Of a stretch of 64,000 bases of DNA, positions 39,377 to 50,327 are shown in pieces (the stretch's first letter is position 1; the number at the start of each line of letters is the position of its first letter). The DNA lies in the NCBI GenBank assembly GCA_963678315.1, contig OY782781.1, forward strand, positions 2,237,482-2,301,481, read 5' to 3'. The notes under the pieces were generated by a model, which saw nothing but the letters and a program-made list of their open reading frames with translations, was not told where the DNA came from and did not search any database. This stretch comes from Candidatus Cloacimonadales bacterium. GTDB taxonomy: Bacteria > Cloacimonadota > Cloacimonadia > Cloacimonadales > JAFGVF01. Position numbers and translations under genes: made by a program.

Positions 39377-41734
39377 ATGTTTAGAAAAGCTATTTTAATT
39401 GCTATTACTGTTTTATTATCTAGCATATCATTATTTGCATTTGATTACGAGGAAATATATTTTAAAGTCCCTAATTTAGGAAAAGAATATATTCAACAAA
39501 TAAATGAACTTTGTTCTGTAGATAAATATGATGATAACTTTATTTATTGTTATGCTAATCCTAAGCAGTTTATTACTGTCCAATCAAAAGATAACAATAT
39601 TCAAATATTAACTAACCCTTCTGATATATTTGAAGCACCTATGGCTTTTACTCCTGAAGAAGTCAGAGAATGGGATAGTTATCCATCTTATGATGCTTAT
39701 GTGCAAATGATGTATGACTTCCAAACTAATTACCCAGACCTATGTACAACTGAAAGCTTTGGACAAAGCGTTGATAACAGAGAATTACTTGTTGTTAAAA
39801 TCTCGGATAATGTTAATATAGACGAAGCTGAACCGGAATTCTTCTATTCTGGTCAAATGCATGGTGATGAGTTGGTTTGTTCTGTACTCTTTTTAAGATT
39901 AATTGATTATCTTCTTTCTAACTATGAAACTGACCAAGATATTCAGAATATTGTTAATTCAACAGAAATATTCATTAACCCAATCTCAAACCCTGATGGA
40001 GTATACACCAATAACAATAATACAGTAAACGGAGCTACTCGCTATAATGCTAATGGAGTGGACTTAAACAGAAACTTTCCTTCAATTAATGGTGAGCAAA
40101 ACCCTGACGGTAATGCAACCCAAATTGAAAATACACATATGATGAATTTTGCAAACCAACACCATTTTACTTTCTCTTCTAATTCACATTCAGGAGCAGA
40201 AGTTATAAATTATCCATGGGATACATGGGAGCGAACACATGCAGACGATGAATGGCTTGAATATCTAAGTAGAATATATGCTGACACAGTACATGGATAT
40301 GCTCCTGATGGCTATATGGACTATCTTGATAATGGTGTGACAAATGGTTATCAATGGTACACTACATCAGGTAATCGTCAAGATTGGTTTACTCACTTTA
40401 TGAAATGTAGAGAAATTACAATAGAGTTGTCAGATGAGAAATTGCTCCCTGCCAGCCAACTCAATGATCATTGGGACTACAATGTTGAGTCAATGCTAGA
40501 ATGGATTAGGCAAGTTAACTATGGAATTTCTGGTACTATAACTGACTCAGAAGGTAATCCTTTACATGCTAAAATAGAAATATTGAATCATGATATAGAT
40601 GAATCTTTCATTTTTTCAGAAGAAGAAACTGGTTATTATCATAGACTAATATATGAAGGAACTTATGATATTGAAATTTCGTGTGATGGTTATGTTGGCC
40701 AAATAATTGAAAATGTTCAAGTAAACAATAACGAACTTCTTTCTTTAGATGTTGTACTTGAAAATGCAAATGTAATAACAGTCAGTGGAAGTATAATTGA
40801 TAATGAGACAAATGAAGCAATTGAAGGAGCCTTAATCAGCTTTAATAGTATTAATTCTTATACTACAACATCTGACATTAATGGTAATTTCAATATTGAA
40901 GAAATTTATGAAGGTAACTATGACTTTACTATTGTTAAGAGTGGTTATCAAACATACTTTGAAAATATAGTACTTGAAGAAGGAAACAACTCTTTTGACA
41001 TATCATTGAATCTCTCATCTGTTATTGGTTTTGAAGAAGGGATACCACAGGAATGGACATCATCATCAAATACTCCTTGGTTAATATCTGACATTGCTTA
41101 TGAAGGATTAAGTAGTATTAAATCTGGAGCAATTGGAAATCAAAGTGAAAGCAATATTTCTTTGAGTATCAATGTTCTTCAAACATCAGAAATAAACTTC
41201 TTCTATAAAGTATCTTCTGAATCTGATTATGACTTTCTTAAATTCTATATTGATGGAGATCTTCAAGATGAATGGTCTGGTGAAATTGATTGGACTAATT
41301 ACAGCCAACTAGTTCAAGCTGGAAATCATACATTTACTTGGTCTTACGAAAAAGATTGGTCAGAAGAGGACGGCAGTGATTGTGCCTATATAGATGCTGT
41401 TGAATTACCAATTACTGAAATTACACCTAATTATGATGGAGAGACAGTAGATCCTGTTAATTTTAATCTATCATGTTATCCGAACCCATTCAATCCTGAA
41501 CTAACTATTAGATACAATAATACTACTAAAGATGTACATACAAGTATATCAATATTTAATGTTAAAGGTCAACTAGTTAAGACATTCAGCACTAAAGTTT
41601 CACAAAAAGGCTATAATAGTCTTGTATGGAATGGTCTTGATAATAACAACAAAAAAGTTTCTACAGGAATTTATTTTGTAAAGGTTGGAAACAATCAAAA
41701 TTCTGAAATGCAAAAAGTCCTTTTGTTGAAATAA
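39377..41734 (+). CDS. M14 zinc carboxypeptidase with C-terminal T9SS sorting domain
   Basis: M14 motifs SGQMHGDE, NRNF and HSGAEVINYPWD. C-terminal CYPNPFNPELTI...GIYFVKV CTD. Confidence 0.8.
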   Translation: MFRKAILIAITVLLSSISLFAFDYEEIYFKVPNLGKEYIQQINELCSVDKYDDNFIYCYANPKQFITVQSKDNNIQILTNPSDIFEAPMAFTPEEVREWDSYPSYDAYVQMMYDFQTNYPDLCTTESFGQSVDNRELLVVKISDNVNIDEAEPEFFYSGQMHGDELVCSVLFLRLIDYLLSNYETDQDIQNIVNSTEIFINPISNPDGVYTNNNNTVNGATRYNANGVDLNRNFPSINGEQNPDGNATQIENTHMMNFANQHHFTFSSNSHSGAEVINYPWDTWERTHADDEWLEYLSRIYADTVHGYAPDGYMDYLDNGVTNGYQWYTTSGNRQDWFTHFMKCREITIELSDEKLLPASQLNDHWDYNVESMLEWIRQVNYGISGTITDSEGNPLHAKIEILNHDIDESFIFSEEETGYYHRLIYEGTYDIEISCDGYVGQIIENVQVNNNELLSLDVVLENANVITVSGSIIDNETNEAIEGALISFNSINSYTTTSDINGNFNIEEIYEGNYDFTIVKSGYQTYFENIVLEEGNNSFDISLNLSSVIGFEEGIPQEWTSSSNTPWLISDIAYEGLSSIKSGAIGNQSESNISLSINVLQTSEINFFYKVSSESDYDFLKFYIDGDLQDEWSGEIDWTNYSQLVQAGNHTFTWSYEKDWSEEDGSDCAYIDAVELPITEITPNYDGETVDPVNFNLSCYPNPFNPELTIRYNNTTKDVHTSISIFNVKGQLVKTFSTKVSQKGYNSLVWNGLDNNNKKVSTGIYFVKVGNNQNSEMQKVLLLK

Positions 41735-43885
41735 ATGCAATATAAACTAATTTCGGAAAATGAGCTCGTAGATTACATTAAATGTAATCTACGAGACATT
41801 GATATTGATATGGTATTAAGAGCAATTGAGATTGCTGAAATTGCCCATAAAAACCAAAGAAGAGATTCTGGAGAAGCATACATAACTCATCCTCTGAATG
41901 TAGCCTTCATTCTTGCTCAATTGCACTGTGACACTGACACTATTTGTGCGGGAATTCTACATGATACTGTTGAAGATACTAGTCTGACTTCATATGATAT
42001 CAAAACTCATTTCAATTCAGATATTCAAAATTTGGTCGAAGGCGTCACAAAACTAGACACTTATCAATACAAAAGAAATAAAGACCAATTAGAAAGACAA
42101 GCAGAAAACTTCAGAAAATTACTTATTTATACAGTTAAAGACTATCGAGTTCTATTGCTTAAATTAGCTGATAGACTTCATAACATGCGAACTTTACAAT
42201 ATGTATCACCTGAAAAAAGCTACAAAATTGCTTCTGAAACTTTAGAGATATATGCCCCCTTAGCTAATCGTTTTGGGCTTGCCTTAATAAGATGGGAATT
42301 AGAAGATCTTGCTTTTAAATACCTACAACCTGAAGAATACAGAAAGATTGTGGATATGGTTGTAATGAAAAGACATGAACGAGAGCAGTTCATTCAAGCA
42401 TGTGTGACTCCTGTAAAAAGTGCATTATTATCTGAGAACTTAGAAGCTGAAGTTTATGGTAGATCTAAACACTTTTATTCAATTTATAAAAAGCATATTA
42501 AAAAGAAAATCTCATATAATGATATTTACGATTTAGCTGCTATAAGAATTATTACGAAATCTGTCGAAGATTGTTATCGCGTGTTAGGTATTATTCATTC
42601 AATATTCCAACCTTTAGAGAAACGTTTTAAAGATTATATTTCTAGACCTAAAGCAAACCATTACCAATCATTACACTCCATTGTGTTGACAGATAAGGGG
42701 AAGAAAATCGAGTTTCAAATTAGGACACTAGAAATGCACAAAATAGCTGAAGAAGGAATTGCTGCTCATTGGAAATATAAAGAGAAAGATATTAAATTAA
42801 ATATTGATTTCGAGAATCAAATAAAATCTATAAGAAAACTACTGAATAAAGACTTTTTATCCGGACAACAATTTATCGAGGATTTAAAATCTAGCTTAAT
42901 TGCTAATGAGATAATAATAATTACTCCCAATGGCGATCTAGTAAAACTTCAAGAACATTCTACCCTTCTCGACTTTGCTTTTGCTATTCATTCTGATATA
43001 GGTTTAACTTGCATTGGGGGCAGAGTAAACGGAAAATTTGTTCCTTTAAAAACCGAATTAAAGAATGGCGATAAAGTTTATATTATTACAAATTCTACTG
43101 CAAAACCAAGTATAGATTGGCTTCAATATGTAAAAACAAATAAGGCAAGAAGTGAAGTTAGATCTTATTTCAAAAAGAAAGCTATGGAAGATTCAATTAT
43201 TATAGGCAAGGAACTTTTTGAAAAAAGAATTAGAAAAAGTATATACAAATATAAGAAAGAAGTAGATATTTTATTACTTGCAAGAAACTTTAAATTGTTC
43301 AATTTAGATGATTTTTATTCAGCTTTAGGAAATGGAAAGCTGGATTTCCAGAATATCATCAGTTATTTAGAGAACAAAGATAATACCGAAGTAGTTGTTC
43401 CTGGTCCAAAAACAGACAAAGAAGAGATAACAGAACATGATATAATATACTTAGATGATATAAATAATCTTATGCTTAAATTTGCTAAATGTTGTAATCC
43501 TAAACCTGGAGATGATATAGTTGGATATGTTACAAGAGGAAAAGGTATAACCATTCATAGAACTGACTGTACGAATAGCAATTTTAAGAAAATAGAAATG
43601 GAAGAAGCTTTCAGATTATTTAAGATATCTTGGTCTAAACAAGCTTTCAAAAATAAATCAAGGACTCTTAAAATATGTGGAGAATATAATAATGCTGTTC
43701 ACTACGAAATTGTAAAGACACTTACAAGTTTCAATGTAAATGTTATCTCAAATAAGTTCAATGTTGGAGGAATAGATTTCTCTTGCATTATTAAGTATGA
43801 CAATAAGCACTTTAAAAATATCAAACTGTTGATTAATCAATTAAAGAAAATAAAAGGCATCAACAAAGTAACTGATAAAAAATAG
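41735..43885 (+). CDS. Bifunctional (p)ppGpp synthetase/hydrolase, RelA/SpoT family
   Basis: HD hydrolase domain (HDTVEDT) and synthetase domain (RSKHFYSIYKK..), followed by TGS and ACT-like C-terminal domains. 716 aa. Confidence 0.9.
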   Translation: MQYKLISENELVDYIKCNLRDIDIDMVLRAIEIAEIAHKNQRRDSGEAYITHPLNVAFILAQLHCDTDTICAGILHDTVEDTSLTSYDIKTHFNSDIQNLVEGVTKLDTYQYKRNKDQLERQAENFRKLLIYTVKDYRVLLLKLADRLHNMRTLQYVSPEKSYKIASETLEIYAPLANRFGLALIRWELEDLAFKYLQPEEYRKIVDMVVMKRHEREQFIQACVTPVKSALLSENLEAEVYGRSKHFYSIYKKHIKKKISYNDIYDLAAIRIITKSVEDCYRVLGIIHSIFQPLEKRFKDYISRPKANHYQSLHSIVLTDKGKKIEFQIRTLEMHKIAEEGIAAHWKYKEKDIKLNIDFENQIKSIRKLLNKDFLSGQQFIEDLKSSLIANEIIIITPNGDLVKLQEHSTLLDFAFAIHSDIGLTCIGGRVNGKFVPLKTELKNGDKVYIITNSTAKPSIDWLQYVKTNKARSEVRSYFKKKAMEDSIIIGKELFEKRIRKSIYKYKKEVDILLLARNFKLFNLDDFYSALGNGKLDFQNIISYLENKDNTEVVVPGPKTDKEEITEHDIIYLDDINNLMLKFAKCCNPKPGDDIVGYVTRGKGITIHRTDCTNSNFKKIEMEEAFRLFKISWSKQAFKNKSRTLKICGEYNNAVHYEIVKTLTSFNVNVISNKFNVGGIDFSCIIKYDNKHFKNIKLLINQLKKIKGINKVTDKK

Positions 43886-44260
43886 CTATCGGTGCATATC
43901 ATTCTTTTGAGTATGCCGCAATACAACTATGCCACCAATAATCGCAATAACCAATACAAAGGCAATAGTAAAAGCAACTAAAGGATGAACAAAATCTTTA
44001 TAAAAGATGGGACTATTCCATGAGGTATCCTTCTTATCTTTCTTCCATTTATTCTTATCAACAAGAGTAGGATCACTTCCAGGAGTGCTTGTATATTGCA
44101 TTTTAAAAGACTCATAGTTAGTTTTAGAAGAATCAAATGTATATTCAAAAAATGAATTTACGATAAGATAAATCAAAAATAAAGCAGCTACTCCACCTGT
44201 TATATAGAGAGCCCATGAAAACACTTTTCTATAAAAGAAATACTTATGTTGTCTATCCAT
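43886..44260 (-). CDS. Small membrane protein, hypothetical
   Basis: 124 aa with two predicted TM helices. Confidence 0.4.
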   Translation of the reverse strand: MDRQHKYFFYRKVFSWALYITGGVAALFLIYLIVNSFFEYTFDSSKTNYESFKMQYTSTPGSDPTLVDKNKWKKDKKDTSWNSPIFYKDFVHPLVAFTIAFVLVIAIIGGIVVLRHTQKNDMHR

Positions 44261-45032
44261 CTAATCCTAACATCTCTTTATTATGATAAATTATTGATTT
44301 TATGGTTTTAACATACTCACTACCTTTAGCTGAGTAATGTATCAAACCGTCGGCAAGATCATATCCTAATAGTTCTTTACCTTCATTACGTTTATTAGCT
44401 CTAATTCTTCTAAGTTCTCTATAAGCTCTGTTAGTATTTAAATTATTAATATACCTTTTTATAGAATCGTTTACGGTAGCGAATATAGACACTTCATGAG
44501 TTTTACCTTCTTCCCTATCCTTAGGGACTAAACCACTTCCAATGTTATAAGTCCAATGGCCAAACAAATTATTAGCCTCCTGGGCAAAGTAAGATGTACC
44601 CCAAGCTGATTCACATGCAGCCTGAGCAATTGCCAATTCAAAAGGGATAATATCTACCCTTAAAAACAACTCAGTCCAATTAATATCACTGACAGATTCA
44701 GAAGCACTTAGCTTATATACTTTCTCTAAATTTTGTATATATTTAAAATCAATTGTTGTCAAGTTTTTTTCTTTTTCCAATAACAACAACTTATTTCTAT
44801 CCTTCATAATAGCATTATTTTCAGATTCTATAATCAGATACATAAAATCGATAAACCTTTGTTTCCGTATCTTTACATCTTTATATACTGAGAAGTCGGG
44901 AATATCATTAGCATAGTATTTATCAGTCTTAGGATTATACTTCAAATAATTATCATCAACAATTCTTGAATTAAGATTCGTGAAAGTGATCAACAAAACT
45001 ATTATGAATAACTTAAATTTTCTTTCTAGCAT
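44253..45032 (-). CDS. Bax/FlgJ-like glucosaminidase domain protein (secreted)
   Basis: Signal peptide and the C-terminal motif AIAQAACESAWGTSYFAQEANNLFG typical of the mannosyl-glycoprotein endo-beta-N-acetylglucosaminidase domain. Confidence 0.65.
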   Translation of the reverse strand: MLERKFKLFIIVLLITFTNLNSRIVDDNYLKYNPKTDKYYANDIPDFSVYKDVKIRKQRFIDFMYLIIESENNAIMKDRNKLLLLEKEKNLTTIDFKYIQNLEKVYKLSASESVSDINWTELFLRVDIIPFELAIAQAACESAWGTSYFAQEANNLFGHWTYNIGSGLVPKDREEGKTHEVSIFATVNDSIKRYINNLNTNRAYRELRRIRANKRNEGKELLGYDLADGLIHYSAKGSEYVKTIKSIIYHNKEMLGLDG

Positions 45033-45513
45033 ATTCTTTTCTAATTACTTCAATATTCTGACTATTATTAATTTTTTGTTCTTTAATTAAAGTCCAGTTT
45101 CCTAAACTAACCTTTGGGAAGTAAGTATCACCTTCGGCTTCGATAGCAAGTTCACTGATTAAGAGTCTATTAGCAAGAGGTAAGAAAAGATCATATATTT
45201 CTTTGCCACCAATAACAAAAAATAGCTCATCAGACTTCTCAATCAAATCAAACATAATCTCACCAAACCCACTTCTAAATTTAACTTCTTCAGTATCAGG
45301 ATCATTTATACTCTTGCTTAAAACATAATTTACTCTACCAGTTAAAGGTTTCCCTAATGATTCGTAGGTCTTCCTGCCCACAATAACATTATGACCCATA
45401 GTAGTTTCTTTGAAAAGTGCCAATTCTTCTGGAATATCCCAAGGCATTTCACCATGGCTTCCAATAAGGCCATTCAAGTCTCGGGCAACAATGATTGTTA
45501 TATTATTTTTCAT
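45013..45513 (-). CDS. folA: Dihydrofolate reductase
   Basis: 166 aa with IVARDLNGLIG...MPW and VIVGRKTYES, the DHFR signature. Confidence 0.85.
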   Translation of the reverse strand: MKNNITIIVARDLNGLIGSHGEMPWDIPEELALFKETTMGHNVIVGRKTYESLGKPLTGRVNYVLSKSINDPDTEEVKFRSGFGEIMFDLIEKSDELFFVIGGKEIYDLFLPLANRLLISELAIEAEGDTYFPKVSLGNWTLIKEQKINNSQNIEVIRKEYARKKI

Positions 45514-46069
45514 TGTTTTTAACCTTTGTTGTTTTTTGGATTTTACTTACAACTATTGTTTGAAGAAACTCATCATATTCAGCATTTGGGGACAATTCAG
45601 CCATACTATTAATTATTTCTAGCATTTGCTTAAACACTAAAAGCAGATTGTATTGCTTTTTGTTGTTGTTTTCGTCAAGATAGGATATAATAACATACCT
45701 TTTCTTACCAGAATTCATACTAAATTTTGTTATGGAATCCCACTTTATCTTTCTTTTAAGTCCCAGTATACTTGAAGCAATAAAATAGTCTTTGGTAATC
45801 GTTATAGTGTGAATATTAAACAAGTTTTGAAAGAGTGTATTAGCACCAGCAAATAATACAATAATAGGAACAGCTTTAGCAAATATGGTCGGGTCTTTTA
45901 CAATTGGTAATTTAAAGAACATAAAATACAAGGCATATCCAACCACTAAGAAAGAAAATGCAATCATAATCAATCTAATTACTAGATTAAATCTATACTT
46001 TCTTGGTAGTCCCTTCTTTCTATTAATATCAACAAAATCATTTATATCTAAATTAGTCTTTGTTTTCAT
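45503..46069 (-). CDS. Hypothetical membrane protein (bPH/YdbT-like?)
   Basis: 188 aa with two N-terminal TM helices and a soluble C-terminal domain. Confidence 0.4.
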   Translation of the reverse strand: MKTKTNLDINDFVDINRKKGLPRKYRFNLVIRLIMIAFSFLVVGYALYFMFFKLPIVKDPTIFAKAVPIIVLFAGANTLFQNLFNIHTITITKDYFIASSILGLKRKIKWDSITKFSMNSGKKRYVIISYLDENNNKKQYNLLLVFKQMLEIINSMAELSPNAEYDEFLQTIVVSKIQKTTKVKNNEK

Positions 46070-46896
46070 AAATTAATCCTCTCTTCTAATAACTTATTAA
46101 GTTCATTAATAACACAATCAGGAGCAGTATATTCTCCTATAGTTTGATGCTTCAGCTTTCCATGGAAATCACTACCACCGGTTGATATTAGATTATTATC
46201 ACGACAAATATTCTCACATCTCGCAATTTCTTTAGGACTGTGGTCATAATAATATGTTTCTATACCGTCAATTCCTGCTTTAACGAAATAGGAAATATTC
46301 TTTATATCTATTGATTTAAAGGGATGAGCTAGAACCACGAAGCCACCTGCTTGATGAACTATATCTATCACTTCCTTTGGGGATACATCTAATTTAGGCA
46401 CGTAGGCTGGTCCATTGTCAGAAATATATTTATTAAACGCTTGCTGAGGATGCTTAAAATAACCATTATTAACTAAAGCTCTAGCAATATGGGGTCTACC
46501 AATAGAAGCATTAGAATCTGCCACTTCTAAAACATCATTAATTGTCACATCTAATCCCAACTCATTAAGCTTGTTAATCATCTTCTTAGCACGTATATTA
46601 CGGGAATTCTTAATATTATTTAGAAGTGTAAACAATTTACTATTGTTTATATTGAAATCATAAGCTAGAAGATGAACTTCTCGGTCTGCATATCGTGAAC
46701 TTATCTCAACACCTTTTAACACTCTCATTTTCCCTTTGTACAAAGTAGTAATATCATTGTATGCATCAATAGAGTCATGGTCAGTTATTGAAATAACATC
46801 ATAACCTAGCTGATAGTATGATTCTAAAACATTAAGTAAAAGCTCTTCACCATCAGAAAAAGTAGTGTGTATGTGTAAATCTATCTTTCTTTTCAT
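46066..46896 (-). CDS. PHP-domain metal-dependent phosphoesterase
   Basis: DLHIHTTFSDGE N-terminal PHP motif and additional His/Asp metal ligands. 276 aa. Confidence 0.75.
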   Translation of the reverse strand: MKRKIDLHIHTTFSDGEELLLNVLESYYQLGYDVISITDHDSIDAYNDITTLYKGKMRVLKGVEISSRYADREVHLLAYDFNINNSKLFTLLNNIKNSRNIRAKKMINKLNELGLDVTINDVLEVADSNASIGRPHIARALVNNGYFKHPQQAFNKYISDNGPAYVPKLDVSPKEVIDIVHQAGGFVVLAHPFKSIDIKNISYFVKAGIDGIETYYYDHSPKEIARCENICRDNNLISTGGSDFHGKLKHQTIGEYTAPDCVINELNKLLEERINL

Positions 46897-46898
46897 AA

Positions 46899-47525
46899 CT
46901 AAAGCTTCTTGTGTTGCATAAGCATATGTTTCAACCTCGATGTTATCATATCTATGGCAATTTTATTCTGTCCACCCTCAGGAACAATAACATCGGCATA
47001 ACGTTTGGTTGGTTCTACAAATCTAATATGCATTGGTCTAACGGTTTCTCTATACTGTTCTACAATACTATCAAGACTCCTTCCTCTTTCTGACATATCT
47101 CTTTGGATTCTTCGTAATATTCGCAAGTCTGAATCTGTATCAACATATATTTTAATATCCATTAAATTCCTTAACTCTTCATTCTCAAAAATAAGTATTC
47201 CTTCTATGACTATAATTGAATTTGGATATACTTTAAGAGTATTTTCGAGTCTGCTATGTGTAGTAAACTCGTAAATAGGTTGTTCTATTGGTACTGACTC
47301 CTTCAACGCCCTAACATGCGATATTAGGAGGTCTGAATCAATAGATTTAGGGTGGTCATAATTTATCTTGGATTTTTGCTCAAAAGTCATGTCAGAAAAG
47401 TCTTTATAATAAGCATCCTGTGGAATAATAGTAATATGCTCAGATATTGCAGATTGGATAGCATTAGTAATACAAGTTTTTCCTGACCCAGTTCCTCCAG
47501 CGATTCCAACTATCAACGGTTTCAT
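46899..47525 (-). CDS. udk: Uridine kinase
   Basis: P-loop GIAGGTGSGKT and uridine/cytidine kinase family pattern. 208 aa. Confidence 0.8.
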   Translation of the reverse strand: MKPLIVGIAGGTGSGKTCITNAIQSAISEHITIIPQDAYYKDFSDMTFEQKSKINYDHPKSIDSDLLISHVRALKESVPIEQPIYEFTTHSRLENTLKVYPNSIIVIEGILIFENEELRNLMDIKIYVDTDSDLRILRRIQRDMSERGRSLDSIVEQYRETVRPMHIRFVEPTKRYADVIVPEGGQNKIAIDMITSRLKHMLMQHKKL

Positions 47526-47534
47526 TTATACCTC

Positions 47535-48641
47535 TTAATTTTTCCATTTATACTTGCCTAAAGTACCATTAATTGCAAAGATAACGAATATCAAAATATA
47601 AACTATCATAAATGCAAAATAGCACCACAAGTATCTAAGTCTTTTAATTTTGTATGAGAAGTAGCCCAAATAGAGCAATTCAATAAAAACTTTACTAATA
47701 ATAATATACATAAAGATACTTATTGGCATTGAAGCAATCAATGCTGAATATATCATATATCCCAGACTAATAAAATACATGAACATAAAGATGCTAAATA
47801 GCTGAAGTACTTTTGGATGGTACTTAAACTTAGAAGCCCTTCTAGTTTCTAAATTAGCATGAGCGCTAGTAGATTCTTTTTCTATAGTAGAGATTTGTGA
47901 ATCTGATGAAGTAAGATACTTAACATTACGTAAATTAACCCACATATTGAATAACTGCAAATCATCATCACCTGAAGGTATATGTTTAAATCTTCCGAAG
48001 CCTCCACTCTTTAAGTACACAGATTTCCTGTAAGCCATATTAGAAGCTGAAGCTGTAATTGGTGTACGATTACCTAATCCACTGGCAGCTAGGGCTCGAT
48101 AAACTATTGCTTCAAAAGTTTTAAGCTTATTAAGGAAGGTTTTATGCCTAAATATGACATGAGTGTAACCTAAAATATAATCTGTTTTATCATCAAACTC
48201 ATTGGCAAAAGTCTCTATCCATTTACTATTAACAACACAGTCAGAATCTGTAAACATAAGAATATCATTTGCAGCAGACTCAATTCCTTTTGCTACGGCT
48301 TGCTTTTTACCGGTAGTTCCATCTTTTTTGTTAATACTAATTAATTTGATATTAATATTCGAACTAATTATGTATTTTTGAACTTTATTATAGGTATTAT
48401 CATGACTTCTATCATCAACAATTAATACTTCGAATAAGTCCTTTGGATAAGTTTGTTCTTCTAGTGATTCAAGAAGATTTATAATGTTGGCTTCTTCATT
48501 TCTAGCAGCTACGATTACAGAAACTTTGTTCTTCTTTTTGCTTGTATTATTCTTTCTGTAACATATTCTAACTACACCAATAATTAGATATATAATCAGT
48601 AAAACATATATGACATTTATTGCTATTAAGGTATTTATCAT
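47535..48641 (-). CDS. Family 2 glycosyltransferase, membrane-anchored
   Basis: N-terminal TM helix, GT2 core (VSVIVAARNEE...DSDC) and multiple C-terminal TM helices. Confidence 0.7.
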   Translation of the reverse strand: MINTLIAINVIYVLLIIYLIIGVVRICYRKNNTSKKKNKVSVIVAARNEEANIINLLESLEEQTYPKDLFEVLIVDDRSHDNTYNKVQKYIISSNINIKLISINKKDGTTGKKQAVAKGIESAANDILMFTDSDCVVNSKWIETFANEFDDKTDYILGYTHVIFRHKTFLNKLKTFEAIVYRALAASGLGNRTPITASASNMAYRKSVYLKSGGFGRFKHIPSGDDDLQLFNMWVNLRNVKYLTSSDSQISTIEKESTSAHANLETRRASKFKYHPKVLQLFSIFMFMYFISLGYMIYSALIASMPISIFMYIIISKVFIELLYLGYFSYKIKRLRYLWCYFAFMIVYILIFVIFAINGTLGKYKWKN

Positions 48642-50326
48642 TATCTATTTTGAATATTAACTATCTTTGAATTTGTATCTTTGATAAGCTTTGCTAAATC
48701 AGGACTTTTTTTTTCAATGTTATCAATAGTTACTTCTTCAATTACTTTCTTATCTTTTTTTTTTAGTAATACTTCTAATGTAACTTTATTATCAAAGAAT
48801 TTCGATAATTCTTCTTCAAGTATTATCATATCAGTCTTAAACTTATTCTCAATTAGTGTAGAATCGGTAGAAATTATAATCCTGTTATTAATAACATCTT
48901 CAACTGATACTCTCAATAAGTAAGTTGCAAGAAGACTATAATTCTTTTTTACAAATCTATTAAGTTTATCCCAATTATTATTCACTACATCAAGGGATAT
49001 TTTTTGATTACTATTTACAGCTTCTGGTTTCGTACGAATATTCTCTGTCGGTGTATTATCTAATTTTTCTACTTTCTTTTTTGTATCCTCAGTTCGTTTT
49101 TCTTCAAGCTTTTTTGCTTCACTTGCTTGTGAGTTAACATTTGATTCAGTTATAGTAACAGTTTTCTTTACTTGAGAATTATTAGCATTAGTAGATTGGA
49201 TATTTATTGTTGTAGGAGGAGCAATTACATCATCAATATTTACTAAGTCATGAATTTTAGAAAGCTTTATAAGGACTATCTCAATCATTATCTCTGGATG
49301 ATCGGCATATTTCATATCCATCTTAGTTTTCATCAAAATAGATATTATATAAAGAATATCTTCATCATCAAATTTTCTAGTTACATTAGTAAGAGATTCC
49401 ATCTGACTATCAGAAACTTCTCCAGAATTAACACCATAGTTAGCTAAAAGACAGAATCTTAAATAATCAAGGAAGCCATTTACAACTTCAATTATATCTT
49501 TTCCAGTTGCAATAACACTGTGTAAATTCTCAATAACTGCTTTTGTATTACCTGAGTTAATGTTCATCATTATGTTTTCATAGACATCGAAGGACAATAT
49601 CCCGAACACTTCTCTTACTGTAACCTCATCAATGATTTCATTACCAGTAGAGATTACTTGATCCATAAGAGAAAGTGCATCACGCATTCCACCATCAGCC
49701 TTTTTAGCTATTTGGAATAAGGCCTCTTCTTCATATTTTAGATTCTCACTATTGCATATATTCTTAAGGTTTTTAACTATTGATTCAACTGGAATACGTT
49801 TAAAATCATATCTTTGACAGCGTGATATAATAGTAGGAATAACCTTATGAGGCTCTGTAGTAGCAAATATAAAAATCACATTTTCAGGTGGCTCTTCTAA
49901 TGTCTTTAGTAGGGCATTGAATGCATTCTTTGATAGCATATGAACTTCATCAATTATATATATCTTATACTTAGAGCTATTGGTTGTATATAAAAGTTCT
50001 TTTTGAAGCTCTCTAATGTCATCAACACCAGTGTTAGAAGCACCATCTATTTCTATTACATCTGATGATATACCAGAAGTAATCTCTATACAATTTGAAC
50101 ACTTATTACATGGGTGTCCTTTGCTACCTTCTGTGCAGTTAAGAGTTTTAGCTAAAATACGAGCCAAGGATGTTTTGCCAACACCTCTAGGACCTGTAAA
50201 AAGAAACGCATGTGCAATTCTATCATTTTCAATAGCATTAACCAATATTTTAGTTATATGCTCTTGTGCATAAACATCTTCAAAAGTCTGGGGTCTATAT
50301 TTTCTAGCTAAAACAACGTATGACAT
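48641..50326 (-). CDS. dnaX: DNA polymerase III subunit gamma/tau
   Basis: ARKYRPQTF, Walker A GPRGVGKTS and the zinc module CxxC..C..C. 561 aa. Confidence 0.9.
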   Translation of the reverse strand: MSYVVLARKYRPQTFEDVYAQEHITKILVNAIENDRIAHAFLFTGPRGVGKTSLARILAKTLNCTEGSKGHPCNKCSNCIEITSGISSDVIEIDGASNTGVDDIRELQKELLYTTNSSKYKIYIIDEVHMLSKNAFNALLKTLEEPPENVIFIFATTEPHKVIPTIISRCQRYDFKRIPVESIVKNLKNICNSENLKYEEEALFQIAKKADGGMRDALSLMDQVISTGNEIIDEVTVREVFGILSFDVYENIMMNINSGNTKAVIENLHSVIATGKDIIEVVNGFLDYLRFCLLANYGVNSGEVSDSQMESLTNVTRKFDDEDILYIISILMKTKMDMKYADHPEIMIEIVLIKLSKIHDLVNIDDVIAPPTTINIQSTNANNSQVKKTVTITESNVNSQASEAKKLEEKRTEDTKKKVEKLDNTPTENIRTKPEAVNSNQKISLDVVNNNWDKLNRFVKKNYSLLATYLLRVSVEDVINNRIIISTDSTLIENKFKTDMIILEEELSKFFDNKVTLEVLLKKKDKKVIEEVTIDNIEKKSPDLAKLIKDTNSKIVNIQNR

Positions 50327-50327
50327 A